64,000 nucleotides of DNA, taken from IMG/VR virus record IMGVR_UViG_3300033145_003233, positions 186,001 through 250,000 of that record; one strand, given 5' to 3'. Below the pieces are notes generated by a model. That model searched no databases. It had not been told where the DNA came from and saw nothing but the letters and a program-made list of their open reading frames with translations. The translations under genes and the position numbers were made by a program. Of this stretch, positions 1 through 9,570 are shown one piece after another; within the stretch, counting starts at the first letter, position 1, and each line of letters starts with the position of its first letter.

Positions 1-419
1 TGATTCTTATCTGAAAACCTTTCTAGATTCTCATATTGAGTAGTAAGAGTTTTAAGGTCTTCTGTGATCTGCCCTAACTCTCCATCCATTTCTTTTTTCG
101 CGGAAAGAAAAGTACTGACACTACTCATTTGTTGTTTCTCTTCAGTCCATCCTCTTACCCACCAATTAGAAGAATCTTGAGTTAAAGAACCACTACCATA
201 AGGATTATCTTTAAGTTGCTTACCATCCATAAAAGCTATCTTACCTTCTGCATAAGCCTCTGACATATTAATATTGTAGAGAATAAGCTCTTCTGTAGAA
301 GTTACTGTTTCAGATAGTTCTATTTCGGTGTTACAGTTACTACATTTTATACAACATTTACCATCTTCCCTAGACCCTATAAAAAGAGTATCATGGTAAC
401 ATTTATTACATTTTAGCAT
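1..419 (-). CDS. Partial ORF (runs off window start): Zn-ribbon plus RMF-like motif protein
   Basis: Not in ORF track. Manual translation from ATG at 419: MLKCNKCYHD...CCIKCSNCNTE...EAYAEGKIAFMDGKQLKDNPY...WWVRGWTEE, open to position 1. Confidence 0.7.
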   Translation of the reverse strand, partial: MLKCNKCYHDTLFIGSREDGKCCIKCSNCNTEIELSETVTSTEELILYNINMSEAYAEGKIAFMDGKQLKDNPYGSGSLTQDSSNWWVRGWTEEKQQMSSVSTFLSAKKEMDGELGQITEDLKTLTTQYENLERFSDKN

Positions 420-420
420 T

Positions 421-1107
421 TTATATCCCCTGCTTAATAACATCGTCACTAGTTATAATAGTACCAATAAACTTATTACTTACATATTTATTACGGTGCT
501 TGAGAAATTTAAACCGCTTATAATTTCTTATAGGAAAGGCCTTTGCGGTGTTAGAGTATGTAGATAATCTATAGAAGAAGATACCATTAGATATACCTCT
601 CTTAGATACCCTCTTCATATCTATAGCAGCACCTACCTGCATTAGTTTGTAGGCATAAGGATGTCTCTCTCCTAGCCTTTGAAAGAATATGAAATTCTCT
701 TGTATCCTACCAATGTGATCCTTACATTTTACAGCATGGTCTCTCTCTGATTTCCCCTTATATTTCTCCCAAGCATTGAAAAAACCTGGTCCCTTGGCTG
801 GGATGGCAGACATGATTGCTTCTATCTTTTTAAGAACATCAGATAAACTATGCCATTGATTGCCACCTAACAAGAATAGAGATTGTATTTGATAATAGTA
901 AATACCTTTTCTATAGGGGTTAAAAAATAACCTACCTGATTTTTTCCTAATTCTCTTATCTACTTTTCTAACATCTAATAACCAGCTTGTTCTAGTAGCT
1001 GTTTTCTCTTCCTCTGTCATGTGATATTTTCTTCTCAATACTAATTTTCCATTCTTACTGATGACTTGCTTCCCTGCTTCTTCCGGGTTGTAAATTATAT
1101 CGGACAT
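421..1107 (-). CDS. Basic hypothetical protein, possible winged-helix DNA-binding regulator (228 aa)
   Basis: Long Lys/Arg-rich ORF with RBS, directly downstream of the operator-flanked sigma70 promoter. The wHTH call is a weak impression only. Confidence 0.6.
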   Translation of the reverse strand: MSDIIYNPEEAGKQVISKNGKLVLRRKYHMTEEEKTATRTSWLLDVRKVDKRIRKKSGRLFFNPYRKGIYYYQIQSLFLLGGNQWHSLSDVLKKIEAIMSAIPAKGPGFFNAWEKYKGKSERDHAVKCKDHIGRIQENFIFFQRLGERHPYAYKLMQVGAAIDMKRVSKRGISNGIFFYRLSTYSNTAKAFPIRNYKRFKFLKHRNKYVSNKFIGTIITSDDVIKQGI

Positions 1108-1140
1108 ATTTATATTTCCTTTCTAAAGAACCTATTTTTG

Positions 1141-1180
1141 TAGTCTGGAAAGTTATTTGATAGTTTAATTTTCCAGACTA
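1141..1180. promoter_or_regulatory. Palindromic operator-like element, copy 1
   Basis: TAGTCTGGAAA-N18-TTTCCAGACTA, perfect 11-bp arms. Confidence 0.8.
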
Positions 1181-1192
1181 TCGATTTTCTAT

Positions 1193-1221
1193 ATCATACT
1201 ACTTTCTAACCAACTTGTCAA
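1193..1221 (-). promoter_or_regulatory. sigma70-type promoter for the 228-aa gene
   Basis: TTGACA-17-TATGAT on the minus strand. Confidence 0.8.
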
Positions 1222-1234
1222 GCAAAAAACAGTT

Positions 1235-1272
1235 GTCTGGAAAGTTATTCGATAGTTTAATTTTCCAGACTA
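1235..1272. promoter_or_regulatory. Palindromic operator-like element, copy 2
   Basis: GTCTGGAAA-N18-TTTCCAGAC; direct repeat of 1143-1180 with one mismatch, 92-bp period. Confidence 0.8.
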
Positions 1273-1358
1273 TTAATTTTTAGATTTAAAATCTATTTTT
1301 ATTTCAAGACAAAAAAGATCCAGTTTATCCATTTCTGTCGATAAACCATTTTTTCTTC

Positions 1359-1645
1359 CTATTCACTACTCTCTAGTTTTTTTAATCTTTCATTTAAATT
1401 TTCAACATTTTTTCTATTAGTTTGAATGTTACGATCTATTGTGTACAACAATACACCTATTACAACTATCAAAGCAATTCCATAAAATTCCAGCATTTTT
1501 CTTTCTCCTATTGATCTTTCAATTCTCTTATTTTCTTTTGTACATCTCTATGTAATTTTCTCATAAGGAAGAGATGACCACTTATAGCCAACACACATAT
1601 CCCAAAGAACACAACAACTAATATTATCTCATCCTTATTAATAAT
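1359..1645 (-). CDS. Two tiny single-TM ORFs (1359-1496 and ~1508-1645)
   Basis: Manual translation gives MLEFYGIALIVVIGVLLYTIDRN... and a 45-codon hydrophobic ORF with uncertain (ATT) start. Confidence 0.45.
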
Positions 1646-2117
1646 TAACCTCTTTGAAAGTTTCTACTTCTACTCTATCAAAACTATGATCTTGTCCTAC
1701 TATATCAAATCCCTTTGTTACTATAACTTCTGATTTTTCTTGTCCTTCTACCCCTATATCCGTAATCAACCTTTTTGGTATTAAGCATTTTATTATTTTT
1801 CTACTTGATGAAGTTAAACATAGCCATCGTGTTGCTCCCCCTCTATTCACATGTAAATGATAATAAGCTATATATGATGTCCATCCTCTTTTTGGAGTAT
1901 CGCACCATGTTATCTCTTTTTTGGAAGTATTACCTTCCCTAGGTTTTTGGAGTCTATTTTTTCTTTTATATGGTTTGCCATCATATATAGGTGGAGAGAA
2001 CTGTTTTCTTCCTCCTATAGTTGTTACCTCTACTGCTTTATAAGCAGTTATCATTTCTGGCTTATCTTTCAACCATTCTCTTTTTTGTTTTGCAGTATAT
2101 TTTCTACTAAGGCACAT
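1638..2117 (-). CDS. Hypothetical protein, paralog family A (MCL..KYT...EWLK..PEMITAYK)
   Basis: Clear similarity to the two adjacent ORFs. Confidence 0.8.
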   Translation of the reverse strand: MCLSRKYTAKQKREWLKDKPEMITAYKAVEVTTIGGRKQFSPPIYDGKPYKRKNRLQKPREGNTSKKEITWCDTPKRGWTSYIAYYHLHVNRGGATRWLCLTSSSRKIIKCLIPKRLITDIGVEGQEKSEVIVTKGFDIVGQDHSFDRVEVETFKEVNY

Positions 2118-2119
2118 CT

Positions 2120-2566
2120 TTAATTCTCCTGAAAAACTTCATCTTCTCCTACTATCTCAAATCCTTTAGCTATTATAACTTTTGAATGATAGTATCCTTC
2201 TTCTCCTATCTCTGTAATAAGATTCTTTGGTATTAAACATTTTATTATTTTTCTATATGTTGGTAAACAACATGTCCATCGTTGTGCTGCTTCTTTATCT
2301 GCATATAAGTGATAATAAGCTATATATGAAGTTTCGTCTCTTCTTGGGTTCTTGTAACGTACTGATATATTTTTATCTTTATCTTTATTAGTATGAAGTC
2401 TATTTATTCTTTTGTATGGTTCATCACAAAATATAAGTGGATAGAATTTTATTTTTCCTTCTTCAGTTCTTACTGTCATTATTACTTTATAGGCAGTTAT
2501 CATCTCTGGTTTATCTTTCAACCATTCTTCTTTTTGTTTCTTCGTATATTTTACCCTTAAGCACAT
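2120..2566 (-). CDS. Hypothetical protein, paralog family A
   Basis: Shares EWLKDKPEMITAYK, SYIAYYHLY, IIKCLIPK and IG.EG motifs. Confidence 0.8.
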   Translation of the reverse strand: MCLRVKYTKKQKEEWLKDKPEMITAYKVIMTVRTEEGKIKFYPLIFCDEPYKRINRLHTNKDKDKNISVRYKNPRRDETSYIAYYHLYADKEAAQRWTCCLPTYRKIIKCLIPKNLITEIGEEGYYHSKVIIAKGFEIVGEDEVFQEN

Positions 2567-2568
2567 CT

Positions 2569-3018
2569 TTAATTCTCCTGAAAATGCCTATCTTGTTCTA
2601 CTATGTCAAATCCTTTTGTTACTATAACCACTACATCATTTGCACCTTCTATCCCTATCTCTGTAACAAACCTCTTTGGTATTAAACATTTTATTATTGA
2701 TCTGCTCACGATAGAATGTCGTAACCATCGTTGTGCTGATTCTTTATCTACATATAAATGAAAATAAGCTATATATGAGGATCTGCTTTGGCATGTAGTA
2801 TCATAACATACGGGAGTTCTCTTATACCAATCATTCTTCTTATGTTTACGAAGTCTATTTTTTCTTTTATATGGTTTATAACCATATACGATTGGATAGA
2901 ATTTTACCTGTCCGTCTTTATTTTTCACATCTACTGCTTTATAGGCAGTTATCATTTCAGGTTGATTTTTCAACCATTCTTCTTTTCTTCTTTTCGTATA
3001 TCTTCTATTTAGGCACAT
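2569..3018 (-). CDS. Hypothetical protein, paralog family A
   Basis: Same motifs as neighbours. Confidence 0.8.
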   Translation of the reverse strand: MCLNRRYTKRRKEEWLKNQPEMITAYKAVDVKNKDGQVKFYPIVYGYKPYKRKNRLRKHKKNDWYKRTPVCYDTTCQSRSSYIAYFHLYVDKESAQRWLRHSIVSRSIIKCLIPKRFVTEIGIEGANDVVVIVTKGFDIVEQDRHFQEN

Positions 3019-3163
3019 CTCTATTGGTCCTCAACTATCTCTGAATTACCATTACTTCTAAATTTCTCAAGTGTCTCTTTTCCCTCTACAGATATAATAG
3101 AGCTAAGGACTATCATAACAAACATAGTAGCTAAGAATATTATAACTAATAATCTACGAAAGC

Positions 3164-3463
3164 TCATACCATTGCTTCTTCCATCCTATTAACCTCTATA
3201 TCAAGTGCTTCTTCTTCTATTATTGATCCTGCAAACCAAGCATCAACATCTTCATATATAAATGGTTCAGCCAAATCTCTACCACCCACTCTTCCTAAGG
3301 CTTTGATTGTCCCATTCTTAAGTAGTCTAGCACTTTCGCTACAGCCTCTCCAATGGATTCTAACATGCTTCCTTGCTTGAAGATGTCTAAGAAGAAATTC
3401 TTTAACATCATTATCATCTTCATAGCTTTCTTCACCATTGATTGTAAATTTTCTAAAGCTCAT
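3164..3463 (-). CDS. Hypothetical protein
   Basis: ORF with RBS, fits the gene packing. Confidence 0.65.
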   Translation of the reverse strand: MSFRKFTINGEESYEDDNDVKEFLLRHLQARKHVRIHWRGCSESARLLKNGTIKALGRVGGRDLAEPFIYEDVDAWFAGSIIEEEALDIEVNRMEEAMV

Positions 3464-3498
3464 ATTGTCCTTTCACCCTATAAACCTTATCAAACAAA

Positions 3499-4062
3499 CT
3501 ACCCATCATTCTGATCTGCTATTTCATCAGCAATTATCTCAGCTTCGATAGTATCAAGTTCTTCCTCTATATAGATGGTCCTATCCTCATATTCTATTGT
3601 TTCCATAGTCATTAGTTTATTAGGTTCAGTAACATCATCAAAGACTACTCTTCCACCTACTGACATTTCCACCATCTCAGGGGGAGCTTTATCTGCCTCA
3701 TCTATAATAGGTGATAGCTTATCAGGGTCTAACACTTCACCTGTTCCAAGTGCTTCTTTAGGTCCCAAGTCTACATCTCCTATTTTCGGTGGAACAAGGA
3801 GAACTTTATCTCCCTCTTCTAACCCTTCTGTAATAACGACATAGGTATCATTATATGACCCTATTTGGACCTCTACCTCTTTAGTTCCTTTAGGTATTCC
3901 ATCCTTACCCAATAGTAGGATAGCTGCTGCCCCTCCAATAACAATAAGTATCACCAATGCTATTTGTCCAGCAGTTATTGGAGGTTCTGGTTCAATTGAT
4001 GACAGTCCTTGTTGTTCCATTCTCTCTTTATTAGCTTTTTCTTGATCTTCAATTAGTCCCAT
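3499..4062 (-). CDS. Membrane protein carrying an RND/MacA-type periplasmic adaptor C-terminal fragment
   Basis: One TM helix, then EVEVQIGSYNDTYVVITEGLEEGDKVLL, matching the V.tG..d...veI.sGL.eGd.V motif of membrane-fusion proteins; acidic tail. Confidence 0.6.
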   Translation of the reverse strand: MGLIEDQEKANKERMEQQGLSSIEPEPPITAGQIALVILIVIGGAAAILLLGKDGIPKGTKEVEVQIGSYNDTYVVITEGLEEGDKVLLVPPKIGDVDLGPKEALGTGEVLDPDKLSPIIDEADKAPPEMVEMSVGGRVVFDDVTEPNKLMTMETIEYEDRTIYIEEELDTIEAEIIADEIADQNDG

Positions 4063-4095
4063 GATTTTTTCCTTTCCGAAATTTTGTTAATTCTG

Positions 4096-4985
4096 TTATA
4101 TTTTCTCAGTGCTTTCTTTTTGTTTTTGTTTTTCTTTATAGAGTTTATAGTCTGCATAGAAGTGTCGTATTACTAGGACAAGCCATATACCAATGAATAC
4201 CACAGCTACTATTGGTTGTCCATGTCCTACAGCACTTCCTACTATGAATCCTACAAGTAATGACATAAGCCATATATTAACCCATTTTGTTTGTTTTTCA
4301 GTCATATGGTTTTGTTCCTTTTCTAATTTTTTTCTCTATCTTATGCAATCTATAGAACATATGTAATATTGGTGCTAGCAATGCTGCTATCACTAATACT
4401 ATTGATAAGACATGATTTGTCATTTGTATAGCTATCGCTACTATTATCATAGCTCCCAGTGAGATTAGTATAGTTATTATTTTATCTTTTAATGTCATTT
4501 AGGTGCTTCCTTTTTTCAGTGTTATCTTAATTTCTTTCTTTTCTTTATGGAAGAAACAAAAATAAATAGTCGCTGCGGCATAGATTATAAATATAGCTAT
4601 CATTGCTGGGAATGCTATATGTGCATATGTGCTATGTAGCACATAATCTATAACCTTGAACATCAAGCCTATACCTATTACTATCAGTCCCATTATAGTA
4701 AGGAATATTAAGATAGATTTAATTATCTGCATCTACAGGTTCTTCTATCATAAGCATAGTCTCTAGTGTTTCAATACGTTTATTAGCTGTTTCTAATGCT
4801 ACACTTTTCTTATAGATAATTATATTAGCAAAAAACAGTGCCAGAGACATACATATAAGAGATATTATCCATCCATTCTGCCCTATAAATATATTAGATA
4901 GTAGTTTTTTCATTATTCTTTCTTTAGTAATGTAATATATTGCCAATGGGTGATATATTCTTTTTGTATTCCGTGACAGGACCAT
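4096..4985 (-). CDS. Run of four small membrane proteins (4096-4305, 4298-4498, 4499-4732, 4719-~4915)
   Basis: Hydrophobic 1-2 TM ORFs with overlapping start and stop codons. Confidence 0.65.
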
Positions 4986-5287
4986 CCTTTGCTCATGTTA
5001 TAATTAGTAGTATCACCGGGTTCTATTTTTCTTTTTGTATAATCATAACGATAGCCCTCGACTACTATTTTCCCATCTGTAACACGGACCCACTTACTTT
5101 GCATATCTTTCCCTATTCTTGGTAGTCCTTTACTAACAGGTCTCCATCTAAGTTTATTAAGCTCTTTCTCCATCTCTTTTATAAAGATGGTAGCTTCTGT
5201 AAGCCTAGCTCTTAAATCAATAGGTCCAATGATCATTATATTTCCCTTACAGTTTTTTAACTTTTCCCCACATAATCGCGAGCACAT
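4913..5287 (-). CDS. DUF551-like phage protein (true start probably MIIGPID, ~5236)
   Basis: WRPVSKGLP...ITHWQ pattern. Confidence 0.55.
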   Translation of the reverse strand: MCSRLCGEKLKNCKGNIMIIGPIDLRARLTEATIFIKEMEKELNKLRWRPVSKGLPRIGKDMQSKWVRVTDGKIVVEGYRYDYTKRKIEPGDTTNYNMSKGWSCHGIQKEYITHWQYITLLKKE

Positions 5288-5408
5288 ATCCTACTATAAA
5301 TGGCATTATTGTTCCCGTTATTAGTGCTAGAGATAGTGCAATTATCGTCAGGCATAAAGATGCTGCTATTATTATTCTAATTTTGATATATCTCTCCATA
5401 TTATTTCC

Positions 5409-5606
5409 TTAAGGATCTCTCAAATTACATTCTGCACACCATCTCTCATCTTCATCTCCATGGATGAGATTATGTGGGCATAATTTTTGTATTTCCATTA
5501 TTGCACTATAGGCTTTACACACTTCACTATATCCATGATTTTTTGCAATTAGTGCTTCTAGTTCTCTTCTAAATTTCTCTACTTTTTGTTTAATCGTTCT
5601 TGCCAC
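5409..5606 (-). CDS. Small coiled-coil plus CPH..CxxC Zn-binding protein
   Basis: IQKLCPH...WCAEC; similar layout in 11660-11851 and 30043-30393. Confidence 0.55.
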   Translation of the reverse strand: MARTIKQKVEKFRRELEALIAKNHGYSEVCKAYSAIMEIQKLCPHNLIHGDEDERWCAECNLRDP

Positions 5607-6189
5607 TTTTTTCTTCTCCCAGAATTTTTTGTATTCCTTTAATCATCACAACTATAGATACCACTGATATTAGTATTAGTGCTACGATTACGAAGATATC
5701 TATAATAGATGCTACCAGTAGTAATAGCCCCATGCCTAATATCATTGTTATTGGTTTTATTATATCAGTCATATTTCTTTTCTTTGAAGCACTTCTTTCC
5801 TTCCATTAATAGTAGTAATAGAACTCCCAGAGGTCCGAGGAGTGACCATGCTCTAATAAAGCCTCTGTCGCTATCAGTTAATGGTCCTATATAAGTTAGG
5901 GCATTTAGTCCCATTTTTTCACAAATGAAATAACTTATTATATATCCCATTATGATTATTAACCATATCATTATCATTATTATTCCCACTTCTTTTCTTT
6001 AAAACATTTCTTTCCTCTTAGTGTCAATATTGTAAAAATTGCAAGAGGTCCAAACAATGCCCATTTTTTAGCAAAGTTCTTATTTTCTTCATCAATTGGG
6101 GCGATATAGCTTAGAGCATTTAGTACCATCTTCCTTGCTATGAAATTGCTTATTACATATCCCACTATGATGACTATTAACCATACCAT
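5590..6189 (-). CDS. Three small membrane proteins; 5765-5989 and 5980-6189 are tandem paralogs
   Basis: Both paralogs share WLIxII.GY.IS.FI..KM.LNAL.YI.P...W.L.GPL...L.GKKCFKEKK. Confidence 0.7.
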
Positions 6190-6490
6190 TATTATCTATC
6201 TCCTAATTGGGTCAATGTTTTTTATCACATTGATTTCCTGCGAACCACACTGCTAACATCATCAATATAATAATAGTACTTCCTGCCATCTTATACTACC
6301 TTTAGAACAATCAATATTAGCACTATATAAAGTAAGATTTTCATAATAAAAAATATATTTAAAAAATTTCGAGGAGTAAGGATGGATTCATTATCCCATT
6401 CTATCCCATTATCCCCATTTTTTCTACTTTAAGGTGGTACTATCAATAGTTATTCCCTATCTCTACCACTCTCTACCACTTCATTCCACT

Positions 6491-6535
6491 TAAATTGCCA
6501 TAGTCAAAAAGTGATTATACTATAAATTGCCATAG
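6491..6535. repeat. Direct repeat TAAATTGCCATAG x2 overlapping a promoter (possible operator)
   Basis: Copies at 6491-6503 and 6523-6535. Confidence 0.65.
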
Positions 6536-6542
6536 ATGTCAA
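6514..6542 (-). promoter_or_regulatory. Consensus sigma70 promoter
   Basis: TTGACA-17-TATAAT. Confidence 0.85.
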
Positions 6543-6543
6543 G

Positions 6544-8447
6544 CTATTTTTCCCTCTCATGAATCTTCTTTCTATTGGAATAAATTAGTATTAAGGTATT
6601 TACCGTTATCGAGAATAGCAATATTAGAACGACTACTCCTACTCCACATTTAACTATAGAAACGATAGCAAATAAGATTACTTCTATTAAGCATATAATA
6701 ACAGTTATAAATAGAAACATATCTATCCTTGCTTGCCATTGTTCTTTTTTACCTCGTTGTCCTTTTAGGTCTTGTTTGACATTATTATAGAGATTAGTTA
6801 TCATCGTTTTTAGTGTCATCATCTTCTCCGCATTTATCACATTTTGTTTGCATTTTTCTTCCTGAAAATTCTATTTTACATTCAGGGCAGGTTCTCCAGT
6901 ATTGTGATCCCTTGCCTTCATCTACAAGTTTATTGTATTTATCTTGTGCTTTTTTCACAGCTTCTATCCATTTGGGGTCTGGGTTTTCTTCTGATTCATT
7001 GATATAGTCTAACCATGTAGAGTATTTCATATAAGTATTAAAATGCGTAGGATCTTCAAAGAACTTTTGATAATTCTGATCATACACTGCTTTAGTTATC
7101 TGTTTCTGAGTCAACTTTATCTCTTAATTTCTTAGCTGCTTCTATCATATGTTTATTACCCCCTACGAAATATGAGGGTAGACAATTTAATACTTTAGCT
7201 AATTCTGTAATAAATTTTTGATCATTAATTTGTACTAGACCTGCTCTCACTTTTTCTTCTATAGTATTAAGGTCTATACCGCATTTACAATCATATATCT
7301 GTTCTTCCCCGCATTTTTTACAGACTGGCCAGAACACTATCTCTCCCTCTTCGCTAATAGATGGGAAAGCAAATGGTGCTTCTTCTGGTCTTGGCACTTT
7401 CTCCATTATAATATCATCAGGTGTAGCTACATTCTTTCTGTGACATTTATGGCAATATTCTTCTGCTTTTCTTCCTTCCCATTTATAGTTACAGTGAGCG
7501 CAAGCATGGTTTACTTTTACTCTTAAATCAAATTTTGGTGTTTCGTTATTAATCATTTTTCAACCTGTATATTTTGTACCATTGAACTCCATTAACTGAT
7601 TGGAACCATTGTATTTCGACTCTTTGTAGCCATACCCATCTATGATCTTGTATTTGTATAGAATACCATGCGAACCACTCTTTGTATTTGCTTAGTAGCT
7701 CTTCTTTTTTTTCGCTATCTTCTTGCTTCTCTTCTATAGTTTTTCCGAATATCATATTATTTTCTTTTCAGCTATAGCTTGCTATACCTTATATTGTCTT
7801 CTCTTCTTAATTTAGCATTTCTCTTCTTATAGTAATTTGTTCTTTTTCTCCATCTATGTATTATATCCGTCTTTATTCTGTACCAAAGAGGGAGTTTAGG
7901 ATATTTGATATATGCCCATCTATACGGTTCGCTAACAGAATAACAAGTCCAAGGGGTTTCACCGTACCAACAGTTATACTTTTCCCACCAAATAATCACT
8001 GGATAAGGTCTAGGTGGAAATGCCGCTACTCCGTCTCTATTTTTTGGTTTCTTTTTTTGTGGATCATACCACTTCATGTTAGAAACCTAACAAGGCAAGC
8101 TACTACGCCTATTGTTCCTGATGCTAGCAACATTAATCCAAAGACGCATATCATACCTAGCAGTGCTATATATGCCACCTCTAACCATGTTAACTTTACC
8201 CTAAGTTGTTCTTCTAATATTTTTTTAATATTCATAATAAGAAATACAATCCAAAAGATACAACCCATATAAATATGATAACACACTTTATAACACCCCA
8301 GTTAGCTTCTGAACCACCACCTCCCCAAATCTGGGTCAAAGCAGACATAAAATCAGTACAGAGTCCACCGAAGAGAATTAGAAATGTTGCAACAAGACAC
8401 CATCCAATTATTGCCATTATTCCTGCAAAACTTGCTGCTACAATCAT
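6544..8447 (-). CDS. Run of seven hypothetical ORFs (6544-6840, 6794-7114, 7092-7556, 7549-7755, 7772-8077, 8074-8286, 8232-8447); several are Zn-ribbon or membrane proteins
   Basis: Contiguous minus-strand ORFs; CxxC pairs in 6794 and 7092. Confidence 0.6.
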
Positions 8448-8458
8448 ATTATTGTTCC

Positions 8459-8992
8459 TTACATATTTTCTATATCTTCTGCATCATTCAATCTCTGCCA
8501 AAACTCATATTCAAGTTTATGCATTGACCATTGAAAAGCTTGTATCAAACATGGTTTGGGAGCAGAGAATAAATCATCTTTCTTCATTTTTCTAATTGCT
8601 GCTATGGCATCCTTTTGAATTGCCTCGCCAACATATTTCCCTCTTATTTCTTCTATACACCCTTCTTTAATTTCCGCAAGTGTATGAATTTCTCCCTTGG
8701 GGTCTGGGTAATCAGAGAATGCCATTTGAGCATCTACTCTTTTCTTGACTATTTTTCCAGTCTCGTTAGTATAGACATTATAGGCTGTTCCTTCTTTTGG
8801 CACAAAGCCATATCTTTTTTTGCAGGTTTTTTGACTCTGACGACTTGATCCATGAGAGGTATATTCTAACGATGCTCCTGTACCAAAGCAGACGCATCCA
8901 TGGAATATCCTTATACCTTTTTCTACATTTTTCCATACTCTCACAGTTTCTATGTCACTATCTCTCGTTACAAATACGTCAAATTCTTTCAT
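8459..8992 (-). CDS. Hypothetical protein, paralog family B (FDV..TRD / HGC / GTAYNVYT / FSDYP)
   Basis: Motifs shared with 9014, 9571 and 14931. Confidence 0.8.
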   Translation of the reverse strand: MKEFDVFVTRDSDIETVRVWKNVEKGIRIFHGCVCFGTGASLEYTSHGSSRQSQKTCKKRYGFVPKEGTAYNVYTNETGKIVKKRVDAQMAFSDYPDPKGEIHTLAEIKEGCIEEIRGKYVGEAIQKDAIAAIRKMKKDDLFSAPKPCLIQAFQWSMHKLEYEFWQRLNDAEDIENM

Positions 8993-9013
8993 CGTTATTT
9001 CCTTCCTTGTTTT

Positions 9014-9568
9014 TTATTCATTAAATGGTTTTAGATTTGGTGCTTTATTAATTGATTCCCAGAAATCAGTTCCTTCTTCTGTCCTCCACCATGCAAAGCC
9101 ATGTCTGATATTAGCTCCTCGTCCGTATTGAGACGGACATAGACTCCTTCTTGTAAGTTTTTCAATTCCATTGATTGCTTTCAATCTTTTTTTCTTAGAG
9201 AGTTTCTTAACTCCCAGTTCTCTTATACATGCTCTTTGAAGTACTTTCAGGGTAATTTTTCTACTCTCTGCCTGAGATGACGGATAATCAGAGAAGTCCA
9301 TTTCTGTATCTATCCTTTCTCTGATAACCTTACCTTCTTTGGTATAGACATTATAGGCAGTCCCGCGTTTGGGCTTAAATCCATATTTTGCCTTACAATC
9401 TTCAGTTGATATATTTCTACACCCCTGTTTATAAGCATATTGATGATATTTCGCATTGCCATATTCTATGCAGCCATGGAACTTACGAATTCCAACTGTT
9501 ACAGGCCATACTGCCACATTACCAAAAGAATAAGTATCTCTTGTTAAATATACATCAAATTCTCTCAT
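9014..9568 (-). CDS. Hypothetical protein, paralog family B
   Basis: Same motifs. Confidence 0.8.
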   Translation of the reverse strand: MREFDVYLTRDTYSFGNVAVWPVTVGIRKFHGCIEYGNAKYHQYAYKQGCRNISTEDCKAKYGFKPKRGTAYNVYTKEGKVIRERIDTEMDFSDYPSSQAESRKITLKVLQRACIRELGVKKLSKKKRLKAINGIEKLTRRSLCPSQYGRGANIRHGFAWWRTEEGTDFWESINKAPNLKPFNE

Positions 9569-9570
9569 CG

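Noticed and set aside
1141-1272. CRISPR mini-array
   Set aside because: Only two repeat units, the 54-nt 'spacer' is a promoter, the half-repeat recurs singly at promoters, and there are no cas genes.
1638-3018. Diversity-generating retroelement (template and variable repeats)
   Set aside because: The copies differ at all four bases and by indels, not only at adenines, and there is no reverse transcriptase in the window.
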